This document shows, one piece after another, positions 12,627 to 26,275 of a stretch of DNA of 64,000 nt. The notes under the pieces are model-generated. The model made no database searches. It saw only the letters and a program-made list of their open reading frames with translations, and was not told where the DNA came from. Each line of letters starts with the position of its first letter. Within the stretch, counting starts at the first letter, position 1. The DNA comes from Eledone cirrhosa (taxonomy: Eukaryota), in NCBI GenBank assembly GCA_964016885.1, contig OZ024741.1, forward strand, positions 82,026,001-82,090,000, in the 5' to 3' direction. A program made the position numbers and the translations under genes.

Positions 12627-13095
12627 ATTATTACTATATATATATATAAAAGATGAATATAAAATGAAAGTGCTTTTTTAAAAAGGAATTTATTAGGTAT
12701 TGACATATGTTTCTGTAACAGACGGAATACCTATGTATCGCTGCTTGCGTAATCATATAATGTTAGCAAGTATTCGATAGCAAATGTATAATCAGTTGTC
12801 ACTTCTTCAGAGATATTGGATAAATTGGAAATAATCAGAAAAATTGAAGTATTTATATTAGTTGTAAGAAAGGAAGAAGAGAGGGGATAGTATGTGACAG
12901 ATGGCAATTCAATTTACTGGTAAACAAGTATATAAAAGGTGTCTAATGAGAATACAATGAGTATATGGTTTATTTTATCTAAATAAGAATTTTTGGGAGT
13001 GCCTATTTTAATCTATACTTGACCAATTGAACAATGGACAGGGCTGGTTGTTTGGTGTAGTAGTATTAATAGATATAAAGTGTCAATTAAGGAAG

Positions 13096-13142
<47 letters not shown>

Positions 13143-13151
13143 TATATATAT

Positions 13152-14035
13152 ATATTGTTATACTTTGGGAGGGTCATGTTGCCAATAAGAAACACACGCA
13201 CCAGTTGCTTTCACATCAATTTATTATAATAAATTTATAAATTTAGGAATTTATAAATTTCCGGTTGGTTGGTTGGTTCCACAACCGGCTGATTGTTTAT
13301 ATATTGTCAAAGTTCTTTCGTCACACATTCTGTGACATCTTCAGTGACAGGGGATTCTTTTCTTTGTTTTTGTGCCTCTCCTTTGTTCTGTCCTACGCCA
13401 TTTTGTTTCTGTGTGTGTGTTGTGTGCTCCGTCTGCGCATGCGCCACATCCGGGTGTCTGTGTGTGTTTATATTCGTTTATTTATTTGTTTATTTACATG
13501 TTTACAGGTTGGTTGTTTGTTCTATGTGCGTGTGTGTTTTCATTTTGTCCTTAATTGTAAGTTGTGATGTTGCTGTTCCACTCATGTTTTCTATTTTACT
13601 TTGGTTGTAATTCTTTTATGTTTATAGCCTCTGTGATTTGTCTAAACATTGCGTCTTTTCTGTGTGTAGATTCTATTTTTATTTCTATGTTCTCTAATTT
13701 ACCCTTATGTTCTATTGTAGCATGTTGGTAGAGTACAGATGATTTTTTACTATCTTGAAGGTCTCGCCAGTGTTCATTTATCCGTTCCCCTACACTACGA
13801 GCTGTCTCACCTATGTACACTATACTTTTGTCTCTACATTGTCCTCAGTACATCTTATGCTATATACTACATTTCTAGTTTTACAGTTAATATGGGGGCT
13901 TAATTTACAGGTTATACATTTCTTATCTATACAGGGGTGTCTTTGAAAAGGGTATGTCTTGCCAAAGTATAACAATATCGGTTTCAACACACGTTTTCAG
14001 ATAAAGAATCTTGTTAAACAAATTCATAAACGAAA
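13152..14035 (-). mobile_element. 5'-truncated PLE family B (GIY-YIG end, 3' UTR, HHR) with its 3' tail inverted
   Basis: ORF 13596-13820 YIGETARSVGERINEH matches 40550-40867. 13962-14035 (+) is the family tail found at 40100-40170 (-). (TA)n at both ends. Confidence 0.9.
13305..13349 (-). ncRNA. Minimal type I hammerhead, family B
   Basis: Minus strand tgtca-CTGAAGA-t-gtcac agaatgt gtgac-GAAA-gaac-TT-tgaca; helices I and II are perfect. Confidence 0.8.
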
Positions 14036-14494
14036 TATATATATATATATATATATATACAGGCAGGTTTGAGATGTTGGAATGTGCAGCCACATATAAC
14101 TGGTCCGATTATCGCCGGAATCTACGGAGATCCAACTCAGACAATCGTACTAGATAATACATTTTGTAACGATCAACATAACGCTTAAACGTTTCACATA
14201 TCGATATGTTTATGTGCACTCTATGAACGCTTTTTTAACTTCCAAGCTTGTCTATACTTTATATATTTATATTTTCTTTGTCACCACCTTATGAATATAA
14301 TATATTATGTCGAAATATTGAAAATTAAGGTGTGCTTTTTATTTTTTTTTTTTACAAATTTCCACGACGTATTGTTTCGCATTTCGAAATATTTCTTTTT
14401 CTTTTTCACACAATGCTGATATATTTTACCAATACAAATGTTCATGTACACAATGACGTTTGAACTGGAACTAAATAGAAAATATAAACACAAA

Positions 14495-15105
<611 letters not shown>

Positions 15106-16100
15106 GTATATTATTCGTGAAGGTTACATGCAAGTGGTTGATCAATTTACAGAGAGGAGTCACCTTATCTGTAATTGAAGATGCTGGCTAAGTCTTTGAA
15201 TTACAAGCAGGTGCAGTCTGGCCGGATTTATTTTTCAGTTTCCGTCTGCTCGGTTCCACTTATAAAGGTTGTAACATTTTTTTGTCCATCCTCTTCTTTT
15301 ACATGCAGTGTGTCCAAGCATGGTCATCTAGATACTACTAAAACTCTGATCTTGTGTGCTTGCTTGCTTGTCTGTTATGTAATACAGCCAAAAGGACGCA
15401 TAATGGGTAAATACTTTGAAAGTAAGTTGCCCCTGAAATGGGAATACAAATTGAATAAAACAAGTTTCGCGAAAATCCGACCCCGGATTCCCGAGATTCG
15501 AGGTTTTTTTGGGGGTACCTTCGTAAATAGCTACAACGGTGCATACTGGGAAAATACCTCGAAATTAACATAACCCTGCAAAACTTCGTAAATAGCCAAA
15601 ACATTGCATAATGAGAAAATACTCTGAATAAAACAAGTTTGGCGTAAATCGCACATGGACAATATTTTCAATTTTCCCAAAATAGCAAGGAATTCATCTA
15701 AATTCAATTTATCTTATTTCATAATGAATATCGAAAGAAATAATCCAGTTGTTTTTTGGTTGTCCATTCTGTAGGTAAGAGAGACAGAGAAGGGGTGAAA
15801 GAGAGAAAGAGAGAGATAGGAGTGAGAGAGAGAAAGAGAGAGTGAGGGTGAAAGAGAGAAAGAGAGAGAATGAGGGGATGATAGAGAGAGGGGGATGAGT
15901 GATAGGGAAAGAGACAGCGTCCCTAACTTTTATTTATTTTAACCCTCCCCCTATCCACAACGTTATTTCTTTCACAGTTATACTGCTACCGTTATACTGC
16001 CACCGTTTGTATCTGTATGTGTATGTGTACCAGTGCATGTGTTTACGTACTTAGAGATATGTGTGTGTGTGTATGTGTGTGTAACAGTACTTAAGTTAGA

Positions 16101-16137
<37 letters not shown>

Positions 16138-17037
16138 GTGTGTGTGTGTGTGTGTGTGTGTAGGCTACCTTCGTAAATAGCCAAAACGGTGCATAATGGA
16201 AAAATAGCCATGTAAGTGATATAACCCTGAAATGGGGATAAAACAGGTTTGACGAAAATCGACATAAAAATATGTCTCGAATGATGAAAATAGTTTAATA
16301 ATTATTAAAAAATATTTTTCAGTGATTTCTCAGTGAATATGATTTCAAAACTACCAGTTGTTTGTACTTCAAGTATCTATATTAGAGCTTTCTTTACACA
16401 GACGATATTTTAATTATCAGAAAATCATTAAGTAAATATCACTGAAAAATACCAGTTGGTGTTAAACTGTAGGTGTTTAGATTTTTGCTTTTGTAAAAAA
16501 GAATATTTCAATTATTTTGAAATATTTTAAAGTGAATTTGATTTCACAAATAGTTTTATTTTTTAAAAATTATTTTCAAGTGAATACGATGGAAAATATA
16601 ATTCTTGGCATATTTAAAAAGTATTCTTGAGTGAAAATGACTTAAAAAATACAAATTATTTGTACACTGAGTATATGTATTTCAGCTTTCTTTAAACATA
16701 ATATTTTAATTATTAATAAGTATTTTTTAAGTGAATATGATTTGAAAAATACGAGTTGTTTAAACAGACAATATTTTAATTATTTAGAAATATTTCTAAA
16801 TGATGATTTAAAAAAATATTTCTTGAGGTAATATGAATTTTTTCTAAGGTGAATACGATATTCTATTCTTAAATAATACCTCGGCGATGAAGAAAGAAAA
16901 CATCTGGTGGAAAAAAAGCACGGCTAAGGAGAGCCGAAGAAAATGAGCAAGATAGTGGTCAACGTCAACAAGATCGGGACAAGCATGCGAATAGAAGGAC
17001 CGATGAGACTGATAAAGCAAGGACTGCGCGTCTTGCG

Positions 17038-18069
17038 GAACAGAGGGAAAGAGACAGAAACAGGAGAGATCATGAATCGGATGGTCTGAGAGCTGCGCGT
17101 TTGTCGGAACAGAAGGAAAGAGACACAAGCAGGAGAGATCATGAATCGGATGGTCTGAGAACTGAGCGTCTGGCGGAACAGAGGGAAAGAGACAGAAGCA
17201 GGAGAGATCATGAATCGGATGGTCGGAGAGCTGAGCGTCTGGCAGAACAGAAGGAAAGAGACAGAAGCAGGAGAGATCATGAATCGGATGGTCGGAGAGC
17301 TGAGCGTCTGGCAGAACAGAAGGAAAGAGACAGAAGCAGGAGAGATCATAAATCGGATGGTCGGAGAGCTGAGCGTCTGGCGGAACAGAAGGAAAGAGAA
17401 ACAAGCAGGAGAGATCATGAATCGGATGGTCTGAGAGCTGAGCGTCTGGCGGAACAGAAGGAAAGAGACACAAGCAGGAGAGATCATGAATCGGATGGTC
17501 GGAGAGCTGAGCGTCTGGCGGAACAGAAGGAAAGAGACACAAGCAGGAGAGATCATGAATCGGATGGTCTGAGAGCTGAGCGTCTGGCGGAACAGAAGGA
17601 AAGAGACACAAGCAGGAGAGATCATGAATCGGATGGTCGGAGAGCTGAGCGTCTGGCGGAATAGAAGGAAAGAGACACAAGCAGGAGAGATCATGAATCG
17701 GATGGTCTGAGAGCTGAGCGTCTGGCGGAACAGAAGGAAAGAGACACAAGCAGGAGAGATCATGAATCGGATGGTCGGAGAGCTGAGCGTCTGGCGGAAC
17801 AGAAGGAAAGAGACACAAGCAGGAGAGATCATGAATCGGATGGTCTGAGAGCTGAGCGTCTGGCGGAACAGAAGGAAAGAGACACAAGCAGGAGAGATCA
17901 TGAATCGGATGGTCGGAGAGCTGAGCGTCTGGCAGAACAGAGGGAAAGAGACAGAAGCAGGAGAGATCATGAATCGGATGGTCTGAGAGCTGAGCGTCAG
18001 GTGGAACAGAGGGAAAGAGACAGAAGAAGGAGAGATCATGAATCGGACGCTCGGAGAACTGAACGTCTT
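17038..18069 (+). repeat. Coding minisatellite: 15 x 69 bp encoding 23-aa STPR-like repeats
   Basis: Units start every 69 bp (17038, 17107 … 17521 … 18004) and encode EQKERDTSRRDHESDG(L/R)RAERLA. One TAG at 17662-17664. Confidence 0.93.
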
Positions 18070-20408
18070 TGCCAACAAACCATTAGGGATAGAGCAAGGA
18101 CGTGAGTTCAACGACGTGACCTCTCTGCTGATGTTGGACAGATGAATAAGATCTGTGTCTGTTGTCATGCAATGACTTTTCATGGTGAAACTGCTAACTT
18201 TTGCTGTATGAATGGAAAAGTCAGGTCGGGGTATCTGCAGCCTTTACCCCAGGAACTTCACAGCTTATTTAGTACTGATCAACCTAGGGCAAACGAGTTT
18301 AGGAAGAACCTCATACAATACAACTGCCTGTTCCAAATGACATCTTTTGGGGCCCAAGAAGTTCGTTCCTCAAGGAGTGGATGGAATCCTTCTATCGTTA
18401 TTCATGGTCAAATTCACCATAGCATCGGCTCATTAACCCCTAACCCCAACGAACAACCCTAATATCTTCAAATTTACTTCTTGGATCCTCAGGATACTGT
18501 TGATTTGAGGATCAGGATACTACATAACGATGGCATTCAGCACGACATAGTTGAATTATTGGAAATAATACTCAGACAATATAACCTTTACTGTGCTTCA
18601 TTTCGAATGGCAAAAGAACAAATTAAAAATATTCTCGAAGCCTCGATTATTATTGATCCTGATAGGAGACCAGCAATGGAACATGAGAGAAGATTCAATG
18701 CATAAACTGCCAACGAAGTTGCCGTTATTATACAAAACAGCACCGAACTTCAAGCAAAAGCACGGAAAATTGTGTTGAAAGAAAAAGACGGACACTTGCA
18801 AATAATCTCAGAGTCCCATCGGTCCTATGACAGTTTGCAGTATGTTCTCTTTTTTCCTTTTGGCGATGACGGATGGCATCACGCGCTGTTAATGAGCAAC
18901 AAGAAGTTGACGCCTATGCGCTACTATGCCTATCGAATAATGAACCATGAGAATGAATTCAACCAACTTTTCAGAGGCAGTCGTTTATTTCAGCAATATT
19001 TGGTTGACATGGCTGCGAAGATTGAAGGAGATAGACTGCAATACATCCGAATGAATCAAACATCATTGCGATCTACAACATACAAGGGCCTGACTGACGC
19101 ATTGAATGAGGATGACGATTTTTGCAATATTGGCAGGCGAATCATACTCTCTTCCACATTTGTCGGTGGACCGAGATATATGATGGAGCGATGCCAGGAT
19201 GCCATGATGTACATACAGAAGTACGGCAATCCTTCGTTCTTCATCAAAATGACATGCAATCCAAACGGGCCTGAAATCCGGCAAAACCTATTCCTGAATC
19301 AGTAGCCACATGACAGGCCAGATTTAATTGCCAGAGTATTTGACCTGAAGCGGAAACTGTTAAGGAAGTATCTTACTGGAGTAGATGGCCTATTTGGCAA
19401 GTGCATTGCTTACGTGCTGACAGTCGAATATCAAAAGCGAGGTCTTCCTCATGTGCACTGTTTGCTATGCTCAATGAAGCCTCCAAGCCCAGACCGCAGG
19501 AATATGATAAATTTGTTCAAACCGAAATACCAGATCCAAACAAAAATCCAGAGGGTCATGAATTGGTGCTGAAGCACATGATCCACGGTCCGAATTGCTC
19601 TAACAATTCGCCGTGTTGGAAAGATGGAACATGCAGTAAGCGGTACCCTAAGCCTTTCAATGAATATACATTGTGTGGACAGGACTCTTATCCTGTGTAC
19701 AGAAGACGGTCTCCAGGAATGGGAGGATTTGAGGAGCACCAAGAAGGAAGGGGAAGCCGAAATATAACTTCGGAATGGGTGCTCCCCTAAAATATGAAAC
19801 TATTAAAACTGTTCAACTGCCACCTAAACGTAGAGATGTGCTCTTCCGTGAAATCGATCAAATACGTTATCAAAAATACCATGCAGGGCAGCGATCAGGC
19901 AATGTTTGGAGTGAACAGGGAAGATGAGATAATACAGTATTTAACAGGAAGATATATCGGTCCTTCAGAAGCTGTTGCCTTGGTACTTGGATTTCCAATT
20001 CCTGAGAGAGAACCGACCGTAGTGCGCCTTCAAGTTCATCTACCTGAGGAAAATCAAATCTTCTTTCGGGTCAATGCTGCTGTTAAAGTAAACAATAACA
20101 TGGTTAAGACGACTCTGACTGAGTTCATGGATCTTTGCGATCGCGATCCGTTTGCAAAAATATTGTATTATGTCGATGTGCCAAAGTTTTACACTTGGAG
20201 TAATAAGAGATAGAAAAGGAGAAATGTGGGGAAACAGTTGAGCAGTATCCAGGGATCTTTTAGGCGAACGTTTTGGGACGAGTATACACTGTTTCTCCAC
20301 GAAGTGGTGACCTGTTTTATTTAAGACTCCCTCTGCATCACGTCAAAGGGCCAGTATCCTTCAACTCTTTGAAAATGTGTGATGGAGAACTCCTGCTATT
20401 ATTCAAAG

Positions 20409-20592
20409 GGCGGCGAATTGGCAGTATCGATGGAGGGTCGGATGCCAAGCTTTCCAGCATAGTTACGTCCCTTTACGGTCTAAGTTCGAATCCCGTCGAG
20501 GTTAACTTTGCCTTTCATCCATACGGGGTCGATAAAATAATGTACCAATAATGTACTGGGTATTTGCTGGCCTTGTGCCAAAAGTTGAAACA
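20409..20592 (+). mobile_element. tRNA-derived SINE inserted in the Helitron ORF
   Basis: Same family as 12444. 11-bp TSD attattcaaag at 20398-20408 and 20593-20603. Confidence 0.9.
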
Positions 20593-23500
20593 ATTATTCA
20601 AAGACATCTGCAGCGAGAAAGGTTTGCTTTAATCGGATGATCATTGGCAGCAGACTCTGGAAGATGCTGAGCGAACAAGGCTTCCCAAAGCCATGAGAGA
20701 TCTATTCATCGTGCTCCTCACAAATACGGAAATTGACAATTCCAGTGCTTTATGGGTTCGATTTAAGCATTCGCTGTCTGACTGAGGATTACCTTCAAAT
20801 AGAAAAAAGGGCTACCAGAAACTCTAACCTTTTGATTAGCGACGACATTATGATCAATGTCTTCTGTATTTTGAAGACAACTTAACGACCTGGGCAAAAG
20901 TCTTAGTGACTTTAACTTGCCAAGGCCAAATAATATTGTTGCTAATCAGGATATTGGTAATTTGGAGTTATTGCATGAATTCCAATACACCAGAGAAGAG
21001 CAGCGACGATTTGTAGAAGAGACGGATCCTTTATTGAATAGTGATCAAAAACACGCGTACAACTTCGTTTGTAACAGTTTAGAGACGAACACATCTGCAT
21101 TGATTTTCATTGACGCTCCAGGTGGAACAGGAAAGACATTCCTGATTAACTTAATTCTTTCAAAAGTCAGGGGAAACAGTGACGTGGCTATTGCTGTTGC
21201 GTCATCTGGCATTGCCGCAACACTGATGCCTGGTGGAAGAACAGCGAATCTAGGTTCAAAATACCAATAGTAGTGAAAGAAAATGGTCTTTGCAACATTG
21301 ATAAAAACTCAAAGATGGCAAATCTCTTCCATCATACAAGGCTGATTGTTTGGGATGAGTGTCCTATGATTCGGAGGGAAAGCTTCGAAGCTGTTAACCT
21401 CACTCTGCGTGACACATGCGACAACAATGAGGCATTCGGTGGAATTTGACAATTTGATGTGGCGATTTCCGTCAGCTTCTTCCGGTAGTGAAAAGGGGAA
21501 ATGAAGCGGACGTGGAAAACGTCTGCATTAAAAAATCCTACTTATGGCGAAGCTTTAAAAGATTTCAGTTGAAGACAAACATGCGATTGGGCGGGGGAGC
21601 AGGAGACTATTCAAAATTCCTATTGGATATGGAGAAGATAAGATAAAAAAAAATGAAAATGTGGTAATTATTTTGCTAAAAGAAATGGTTCTCCAAGCAA
21701 CAACTATGGAAGAATGTATTGATTTCAACTACCCCTCGTTTGACAATCCAGCTGAAGTGTTTTCGAACAATTGCATCTTAGTACCTCTCAATGAAATGAT
21801 GAGAAGCATCAATTCCACTCGTATCAAACGCTTCCCTGGAACCATAAAAGAGTACCGATCCTATAATTCTGTGAGTGATGCTGCCAATGCCACTCATTTC
21901 CCGACTGAATTCCTTGATTCGGTTGAACTATCAGGACTGCCACCACATAACCTGGAATTGAAAAAGGGATCGCCAATAATTCTTGTGAGAAACTTGAATC
22001 CTCCAAGGCTTTGTAATGGAACGCGTTGATCCTGGAAGAACTGCACGACAATCTCATAGTAGCAAGAATCAACACTGCTGCTTTCAGAAATGAGATCGTT
22101 ATGATACCTAGAATAAGAATTAATCTATCCGAAGGTGAGGATATCCCTTTGCAGCGAAGCCAATTCCCAGTTCAATTGTGCTTCGCTATGACTATTCATA
22201 AAGCACAAGGACAAACTATGGAAAACGTCTTGGTTTATCTGGAACGACCTGTATTCCAACACGGTCAACTGTATGTAGCCTTTAGCCGCGGAAAACGAAA
22301 AGAAAATGTCAGAGTGTTTCTGAAGGATACCCAGTCAACTAAGAATATTGTCATCAAAAGCATTCTTTGGAACAAAACTGTAACAGCGTAAATATGAGAA
22401 AATGTTGATTCCGACGTCAGCAAATGAAAGGAAAAGGAAAATCTAAGACAATTAAGAAAAATTTCTTTCAAATGTTTGTAAATAAAGCCAACTTTTCATT
22501 AACATTGCGACTTTTTAAGCAGAAAAATCTTTCAGAACAAACAGTCAAGCATCCATAGAGATATAGAAAAAGAATTTTGAAGTGGAGTGATTGGATAGCT
22601 ATTAGAGAAAAATGATTTGATATTTTCTTTGTGAAAATACTTGTGAATAATAGTGAAAAGACAAGTTTCCGCGTAAATCGTACCACGGGTTCTCGAGATA
22701 CGCGGGTTTTTTCGGGTACTTTTATAAATAACCAAATCAGCGCATAATGGGAAAATTATTTGAAAATAAGGTAACATTGAAATGTGAATACAAACGCAGA
22801 TAGTGGTTGTGAGAGAAAGAGGGGGAGAGAGCTGGTGGTGTTGTTCAATGAAATTATGACAGGTGACTTCAAAGAATTGAATACAGAATTACTGTATCTA
22901 GCTTGAATTTGGTGACTGAATATTAAGTATCTTATAACTTGTGTTAGGACAGGATCTATGTGTGTGTGTGTGTCTGTAACCAGTGTATATAGGCCACAGA
23001 CACCCATACACACAAACACACATATATATATATACACGGACATATACACACACACATACACGTATATATATATTGGCTTTCCAATGTTATTTTACATTAT
23101 ATACATTTTGTGTATATTTTAATTATTTAAAAATTATTTTTAAGTGAACATTACCCAACGGGTCACGGGTGGTCTAGTATTCTCTAAAACTCTAGTGATA
23201 TGTCGTCATGTTACATGACCTAGCGCATTCATTTCACGGGTTTTGACAACTGACAGGAGATTTTCGTGGGCTGCAATCTTTCCAACAATTTCGTTTCAAA
23301 CAATTTCGATGGTTCAATGTTGTGTCTGCAGAAGGTGAAATAGCTTTCTATAACATTCCATTTCAAAGGCCAACATCTTTTTCTCACTTTCATCACTTGA
23401 CATCTATTCTAGAGATGTGTGATAGGAAAATGTTTAATTTGTTGGACATATCACGTCATGATGTCAAACATAGCTTTAGCTGTTGCGTTCTATTGTGAAT

Positions 23501-25449
23501 CCTTACGAAATACATATTAGTTTACATATACTAGTGAATGCCCGAAAATGTAAGTTATTAGTAAAGAGAATGATCTAAAAATACCATGTGAAAATGTTGT
23601 GCAACAATGCGAGTTGCTGGAATTTAATATTGTCTTTCTTTTGCTGATACTTTCTGTTGGAAGAAATGTCACCACTTTTCCGATAACAGACGAAGGGATT
23701 TTAAATCAGAGCACACAAATATCTCAATGTATACTGATCGACTATTTCACAATTCTTCTAATACACCATCAAATGCAATGACACTTCATGCATCGATCAT
23801 GAAATGGCTGCTACTTTATTTAATGACTCCGAAACGATGTGGTTTCTGATCAAGATTTGTGCGTTTTGTGTCTAAATGCCACCGGGGCACTATTGATGCC
23901 AACACCAGGTCTACGAAAACAACAACAACAATATCAGTAGCAAACAACAATAACAGAGTCAACAACTCCAACTAGTTATGAACGTCAAAACCCATTTTCC
24001 CCAATAGCACACGGAGAGCATGTAGCCCCCCCCCCCCTCACTCATTTTCGCGCTTAACTCTATGCACTTATGGTGAGAAACTGTTTGCCGGGGACTGGAA
24101 AGACATCTTAGACGCACGCTGGGATTACAATAATTCATAACATTAGTTTATAAATGGCTTGAAATCTTAAACTAACCAAATTAATATGGGCTCTGTTAAG
24201 TTTTACATACCAAAGACACACTGTATATCACAGTATATTTACTGATAAAATGACAAATCAGTCAATTATATTGGTGGCCTCCCCACAGCCCCGGCGGACA
24301 GAATGGAGAAGGCGTTTCCTCGGAGGACGGCAGGGGAGACGCGCTGGAAAAGCCCTTCCAGCTAACGAGGCGCACACCTGCGGTTGGCCAGCTCTGTGTA
24401 GCAGAGATGATAAAAGTGAGGGGTGAAGAAAAAAGCCTCAAGAAACTGATCGGATATTTACAACTTTCTGACAGCTACCCACTAAATTTCCAAAATGTGC
24501 CTGGGTGGACCTGAACCAATCACATAATGTCATCTAGTTCGTATTTGTGTATGTTTTTGATTACCTTAGCAGACAGAGATAGCATAGTATGTCAACGATT
24601 TCAAACCATCGCCTATTCAGACTACAAATTTGAACCCTGTATGATCGACATAGATAGAACCCCTAGACGGGATGCCGGTTAATGGAAGGCTTAAGCATCG
24701 TACCCGGCGAGTAAAACCTACACCAATCATATTAGCACATTAGTTAAGCACCGCTTGATATGAGCACTCATCAACAACAGGTGGTGGTACGCTCTCAATA
24801 TATCAATTAAAGTAGAATCAATGGATTTTAGTGAAGAAGTAGAGATAGGAAAAGTAGAACAGAGTGGTAGTTAGCTAAATTAGAAGAGACGATTGGGAGT
24901 GGCAATGCAACCGACATGGTAGCGGCGCAGTGTTGAAACAAAGCCACAATTTGATCGCTGTCAGAACTATACGGGCACGGTATACCCGATTTCAAACAAA
25001 TGTGTGCAGTATATCGTCAGTACTCAGGTTGGCTGTTCAGGGAAAGTGGGTGGGGAGGCCGCAATTCTCGTTGGCAGGTATGGAGTGTTGTGAAAAACCA
25101 ATTATAGCAGCTAAGATACCGGAGGACCTGGTCGGCTGTATGAGGCCCAAATAATTTGGTTTGGATTATCTACTTCATGTGTTTTACGTAGACATGTTCT
25201 CCGATGTCCACTAAATGTTATACTGCAACTGGCAGCAGAACGGGAGAATTCGTAGTGTTGTACAAAGAGGACATTCTAAATGTCTGTCATATTCTAAATG
25301 TCCGTAACACAGTTTAAGATTTGGAGCAAAGTCCCAGCAATGAGGTAGGCGCTTATCGTTAAATATCCGGTAAAGGAAGCGCAAACATGCGATATCCTGA
25401 CCAGGTCCATACACGCCCCCCCCCCCCCTTCATGCGATGCCTCATAGAG

Positions 25450-25925
25450 AGCGTAGAGTAGGAAACTGGCATCGGTGAGGCTCAGTCAATAGAAAGCATT
25501 CAATAGGGTCGGATATCGATATCTGAAGACTGTCTTCAACGCAGCCAGTTTCGGACCCCTCATCTGAGACTGTATCGTTACAATGCACAACGGCATCTTT
25601 TCGGTGGTCAGAGAAAATGGCCACCTAAAAGAACCATTTTAAATCAGTTACTCGTCTCATTAAGGATGTCCTCTCTCTTCCCTTCGGTATATGTTGACTC
25701 TCAAACATTTACTGCGGAAGGTGGAGCTGTTGCAGTGTATCCCACACAAACCGCGACGTAGAAAGGCTGTGTCAGCATATACAGACGACGTCACTGAGTT
25801 TGTGTTAAACATTTCGGAAACCGAGGTGATTGGTAACTTCTTAGAGGAATATGAAAGTTTGCCAGGAGCAAAGGTCAACACAGACATGTCAGAAGGATTT
25901 GTAGCGCAATATATAAAAGTGAGCA
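25450..25925 (+). pseudogene. Highly decayed L1/Tx1-like LINE RT fragment
   Basis: KGCPLSSLRYMLTLKHLLRK (cf. QGCPLSPLLYVLALEPLLR), SAYTDDVT (YADD), YESLPGAKVNTDMS (cf. YExxSGAKVNxxKS). Confidence 0.65.
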
Positions 25926-26054
25926 ATATATAGTTACTTATTTTCAGTTAACAACAAAAATATTCCACAAATGACAATTCAAATCAACTTAAAATAACAA
26001 ACATTCTGGAGACGATATCAAGAAGACTGTCGCAAATGAAAAACAAAATAATAC

Positions 26055-26275
26055 TAATTGTTTCTTATTTAGGCGCAAGGGCAGCAGCTTTCGGGGAGGG
26101 GAAAAGTCGATTAAATCATCCCCACTACTTACTGGTACTACATTTCATCGACCTTGTAAGGATGAAAGGCAAAGCTAACCTCAGCGGGATTTGAAGTCAG
26201 AATTTAAATGGCCGTAACTCTGTGCCACGAAGCAGGGTGTCCGACGCTCTACCGATCCAGCAAATTCACGGCCCT
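26055..26275 (-). mobile_element. tRNA-derived SINE, related subfamily
   Basis: Reverse complement has ttcaaatcccgctgaggttagctttgcctttcatccttacaaggtcgat and ends in gaaacaattag. Confidence 0.75.

Larger units (their letters stand above)
16887..22391 (+). pseudogene. Helitron RepHel transposase (STPR-like repeats, Zn finger, HUH Rep, PIF1-family helicase), multiple stops and frameshifts
   Basis: CVCCHA..CCMNG, YNCLFQMTSFG, LFQQYLVD, FIKMTCNP, VEYQKRGLPHVH (~19420-19460), KYVIK..GSD, DAPGGTGKTF, ASSGIAATL, WDECPM, GDFRQLLPV, RNLNPPRLCNGTR, FAMTIHKAQGQT, HGQLYVAFSR. Confidence 0.95.
15327..23177 (+). mobile_element. Full-length, decayed autonomous Helitron (Helitron1 type)
   Basis: 5' a|TCtagatactactaaaact at 15327; 3' imperfect hairpin accc…gggt followed by CTAG|t at 23174-23178, giving an AT target. 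Internal Rep-helicase remnants. The 5' boundary is less certain than the 3'. Confidence 0.85.

Noticed and set aside
17038-18069. 69 bp array as a CRISPR or satellite, and its long antisense ORFs (16844-17887, 16924-18183)
   Set aside because: There are no unique spacers, and the array is part of the + strand Helitron transposase remnant. The antisense ORFs are by-products of a stop-free repeat.
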